NCBI RefSeq assembly: GCF_036365525.1
Contig: NC_090402.1
Span: 8,707,079 to 8,771,078, forward strand
Direction: 5' to 3'
Source: Heterodontus francisci
Taxonomy: Eukaryota
Length of the DNA: 64,000 bases
Positions 60,318 through 64,000 of the stretch are shown here, one piece after another. The position numbers and the translations under genes were made by a program. Under the pieces are notes generated by a model that was given only the letters and a program-made list of their open reading frames with translations, was not told the DNA's origin and searched no databases. Within the stretch, counting starts at the first letter, position 1; each line of letters begins with the position of its first letter.

Positions 60318-61745
60318 GAGCAAAATACTACAGATGTTGGAACTCTGAAATGAGAACAGAAAGTGCCGGAAATACTCTGGTCTAGCAGCATCTGTGTAGA
60401 GAGAAACAGAGTTAACGTTTCAGGTCTGTGACCTTTTATCAGAACTGGTAAAAGTTAGAAATATAACAGTCTTTGAGCAAGTGAAAGCAGGGAAGACTAA
60501 CAAGAAGGAAGGACTGTGATAGGACTGAGGGGCGAAGTGATTAAATGACAGGTGTGATGGAACAGAATGCAAATGGAGTACAAAATAGTGTAGTGAAAGA
60601 CAAAGCACGAATCCAGAGAGAGTGCTAATGGCAGAATAATGAACTGCTCCGTACAAAAGCAAAAACATGAAAAATAAGTTAGAGACTATCACATGGTTAA
60701 AAAATAAATAAATAACATATATCAAAAAATAAAAATAATGGGGCACATGGTCTGATATTATTGAACTCAATGTTGAGTCCAGTAGGATGTCGACTGCCTA
60801 ATTGGAAGATGAGGTGCTGTTCCTAGAGCTTGCATTGATGTTCACTGGATCACTGCAGCTGGACGAGGACAGAAATGTGAGCATGGGAACAAGGTAGTGA
60901 ATTAAAATGACAAGCACTCAGAAGCTCGGGATTATGCTTGCGGACCGAACAGAGGTGTTCTACAAAGGGGTCACCCAGTCTGTGCTTGATCTCCCCAGTG
61001 TAGATGAGATCACGCTGTGATCAGCGAATACAGTATACTAAATTGAAAGAAATACAAGTAGATCGCTGCTTTACCTGGAAGGAGTGTCCAGAGCCTTGAA
61101 TGGTGAGGAGAAAGGAGGTAAAAAGTCAAGTGTTACACCTGTAATGGAAGAGGATGATCCTTTGGATGCGGAGGCAGGTGGGGTGGAAAGTGAGGACAAG
61201 GGGTCCTGTCACAGTTCTGGGAGGGAGGGGGAGAGGTGAGGGCAGAAGTGTGGGAAATGGGTCAGACACAGTCAAAGGCCCTGTCAACCTCTGGGTAGGG
61301 GGGTCCTCGCTTGAGGAAAAAGGAGACGCTGTTGTGGAAGGTTGCATCATCAGAACAGATGCGTTGGAGACGGAGAAACTGGGAAAATGGAGTGGCTTCC
61401 TTACAGGAAGCAGAGAGTGAGCAAGTGTAATCAAGGTAGCCGGTAGGCTTATAATAAATACTAATGGACAGCCTATTCCCAGAGATGGAGACAGAGAAAT
61501 CGAGGAAGGAAAGGAAAGTGTTGGAGATGGACCATGTGAAGGTGAGAGAAGGGTGGAAATTGGAAGCAAAGTTGATGAAGTTTTCCAGTTCGGGGCAAGA
61601 GCAGGAAGCGACACCGATACAATCAGCAATGTACTGGAAAAACAGTTGGGAAAGGGGGCCTGAGTAGAACTGGAACAAGGAATGTTCAACAAATCCCACA
61701 AAAAGACAGGCATAGCTAGGACCCATGTGAGCACCCATAGCAACA
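60318..61745 (-). mobile_element. Penelope-like (Neptune type) 5'-truncated copy
   Basis: VAMGAHMGPSYACLFVGFVE...YIADCIG...FLDFSVSI...YYKPT...PFSQFLRLQRICS; pLTR at 60318-60450. Confidence 0.9.
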
Positions 61746-64000
61746 CGTTTTATTTCCTTTCTTTTCTCTTTCCACAGCAGCACAACTCAAAAATGAGAAA
61801 TCTGAGGGGCGATCAGTCTTACAATGTTCAGTTCACAATATAGTGCATTAATGTACTCGTGTCCTGTTTCCTTTTGTGGCTAAAAGAATTTGGTGTTTCT
61901 GTTATGTTGCAATATTGCAAACCAGTTGGATTTTGCATATTTTATTCAGGATTACTTTGTGGCTAAAGTAATGCTGGAAATTTGAAAATGAGAAAAAAAC
62001 ATAAATATTGAAAAGGCACAGCAGTCTCCCACAGCAAGTTAACTTTGCAGGTGGAACCTTGCCTCAGCAGAACTGTACCACCTGAGACATTGGGATAAAT
62101 AGGCACAGGGGAAAATTGATGAGTTTGAATCCCAGCTGAATTCTGTGACAAAGTTCACAAACTAAAATATTTTTTAGTTCTGTTCTGGAACATGATCATA
62201 AAATTAAACTGCAAATGGATTTCCATAATTAAGGAACTGCTAATGTGAGGAGCATTGCAGCATCCTAAATCGGATTATGACAGAAGTTTAACAATGTGTG
62301 TCAGGCAGTCCAGCTGAATTTGGGAGAATGCTGCTACCGCAAACCAGTGAAATCTTTTCCATCATTTCTTCTTGTGTTATCCTTGGGGCACATGCTTTGA
62401 GCAATGCTATAAGGAGCTTCCTATCCAAGACTTAATTCACTGCTAAGGATTTCCGAGTGGCCATAATATCAGAGTTTGGATTGCTCTTGCATTATGGGGG
62501 TTCCTATTATTTCATCATTTTCTGAACAAGATTTTTAATAAATGGTTAGTATTTTGAAGTTTTCATTTGCTAAAGGTACACCGATGTTTTCCAATGCATG
62601 CACTGGCCCAGGCTTCTTATAACCATTCACATGCTACTTCTTTAGAAGGCTTGCAATGAAATAGCTTATAATTGAACCATTGAGATTGAACCTGCTTTCA
62701 CCACATCAGCAGTACTACAGATTGCAGGGTTTTACCTGGCACTGCTAGTAGATATTGATAGTTAAGCTAGTAACTTGATGAGAAACATTTTAGAGAAACA
62801 GTCCTCTCTTTCCACACTGTCCTGTGCTGTTTACTGATCAAGAAGACAGGCAAGCAACCCTTGCAGGGTATGTTTCATTTGCTCCAGTGAAATACTTGGT
62901 GGTTTGTGCTCAGCACGTTGCCTGAGTAGTTGAAATTTGAGTTCACTGAGAATAAAATGGAGAACTCTTTCCTACTAATCCCACTGCACATAAAATGTGA
63001 GATTACACAATCCTCGAGTCCAAGGTGACTAAACCACCTCCAGTATATATGTCTTTATTCAACAAGTAACTACAAAACCTTAATTATAGTGTATCCCACA
63101 TCAGCCATGCCTCAGTTATTGAAGTAAACATAGATGCTGCTTGGGTTGCAGAGTGCTGAGATAGCTCTGCTTGCCATCAGCTGACATAGCATTCAACTCA
63201 ATGAGGAACTGATCGCCCCCACTGCATCCAAAAATTTTGTTGGAGCTTGACCTTTGGTATCAGGTGCTGTGTAATCACAACCCTAACTCCATTTAAAAGT
63301 CATGCTGCAAAGTACATCTTGATAAAATGTGTATTTGAGGGTGGGGAGGGAATAAAACCTCAAGATTCTTGAAATTTTATGGTCCAGAAGGCAGCTATTT
63401 AACTTGTACTGTGTCACCTGTGGAAGAACTATTAACTTAGTCCTATGCTTTTTGTTCAGTGTAGTACTAGGCAGTTATATATTGTGACAAAACTTAAAAG
63501 TATCAATGGAATGCTTACCCATAGCATTTTAGTGTCTTCCCTTAAAAGAAAATCAGTTCAAATGTATGTTGCACTAGATGCATGCATAAATGGCTTGGGT
63601 ATGAGGTAACCAGATTCCATAATGGTGATCTTAGCAATGTTGAAAAAGGTCAGCTTGTTGCAATTTCTTTTATATTAAAAAAAATTGCTCAGATCGACCA
63701 CCAATGTCAAGTTAAGTCTGTAACTCCTTCAATGCAAATAATTGTTCAGGCATGGGTAGAATCTGCATTTAATGAAGATGACACTGAATATCTTTTATGT
63801 TCTAAGCATAGATAGATGCTATTTCTATAGTCTGTGTGATGGACTAGTAGTTTTAATTTGTCTGTTATCAAGATGAATCATAGGAAAGCCTGTGATATAT
63901 GGTATTTGTGGAATAGTACTTTACAAATATGCTCGTACAAAAGAAAATGCTTAGTATTACAGAAACCTGACAAATCTGTAAAATAGGTGTTGAACAAAAA

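Noticed and set aside
60010-64000. Search for SLC25A25 common exon 2 (KIVxAGDKDLDGQLDFEEF)
   Set aside because: No matching sequence found by eye; it presumably lies beyond the window

Overview
Vertebrate nuclear DNA, almost certainly a shark/chondrichthyan given its repeat complement (V-SINE/HE1-like, SacSINE1/Deu-like SINEs, CR1, L2, RTE, Penelope-like elements); the species is not determinable here. The window runs from the CpG-island promoter of a minus-strand gene at the left edge (unidentified; FAM102A/EEIG1 by recalled human synteny only), through about 30 kb of repeat-rich intergenic DNA, into the 5' part of SLC25A25 (SCaMC-2, Ca2+-regulated mitochondrial ATP-Mg/Pi carrier, + strand). 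Three alternative first coding exons of SLC25A25 are visible (b-type 31939-32157, probable c-type 40639-40839, a-type 59851-60009); the shared exon 2 lies beyond the window. Most notable observations: (1) a six-fold tandem TALE-decamer/CCAAT module array at the SLC25A25 distal promoter; (2) a 37-40 bp phased ladder of CCAAT boxes at the left promoter; (3) a dense family of Penelope-derived insertions carrying minimal hammerhead ribozyme motifs, many flanked by short direct repeats, including a 3.5-kb inverted element; (4) minisatellites apparently born at the 5'-truncation points of retroelements; (5) a hairpin made of two LINE tails; (6) a divergent CTCF cluster between the two genes. All family and orthology calls come from recall and manual reading, not database searches; repeat boundaries are approximate.
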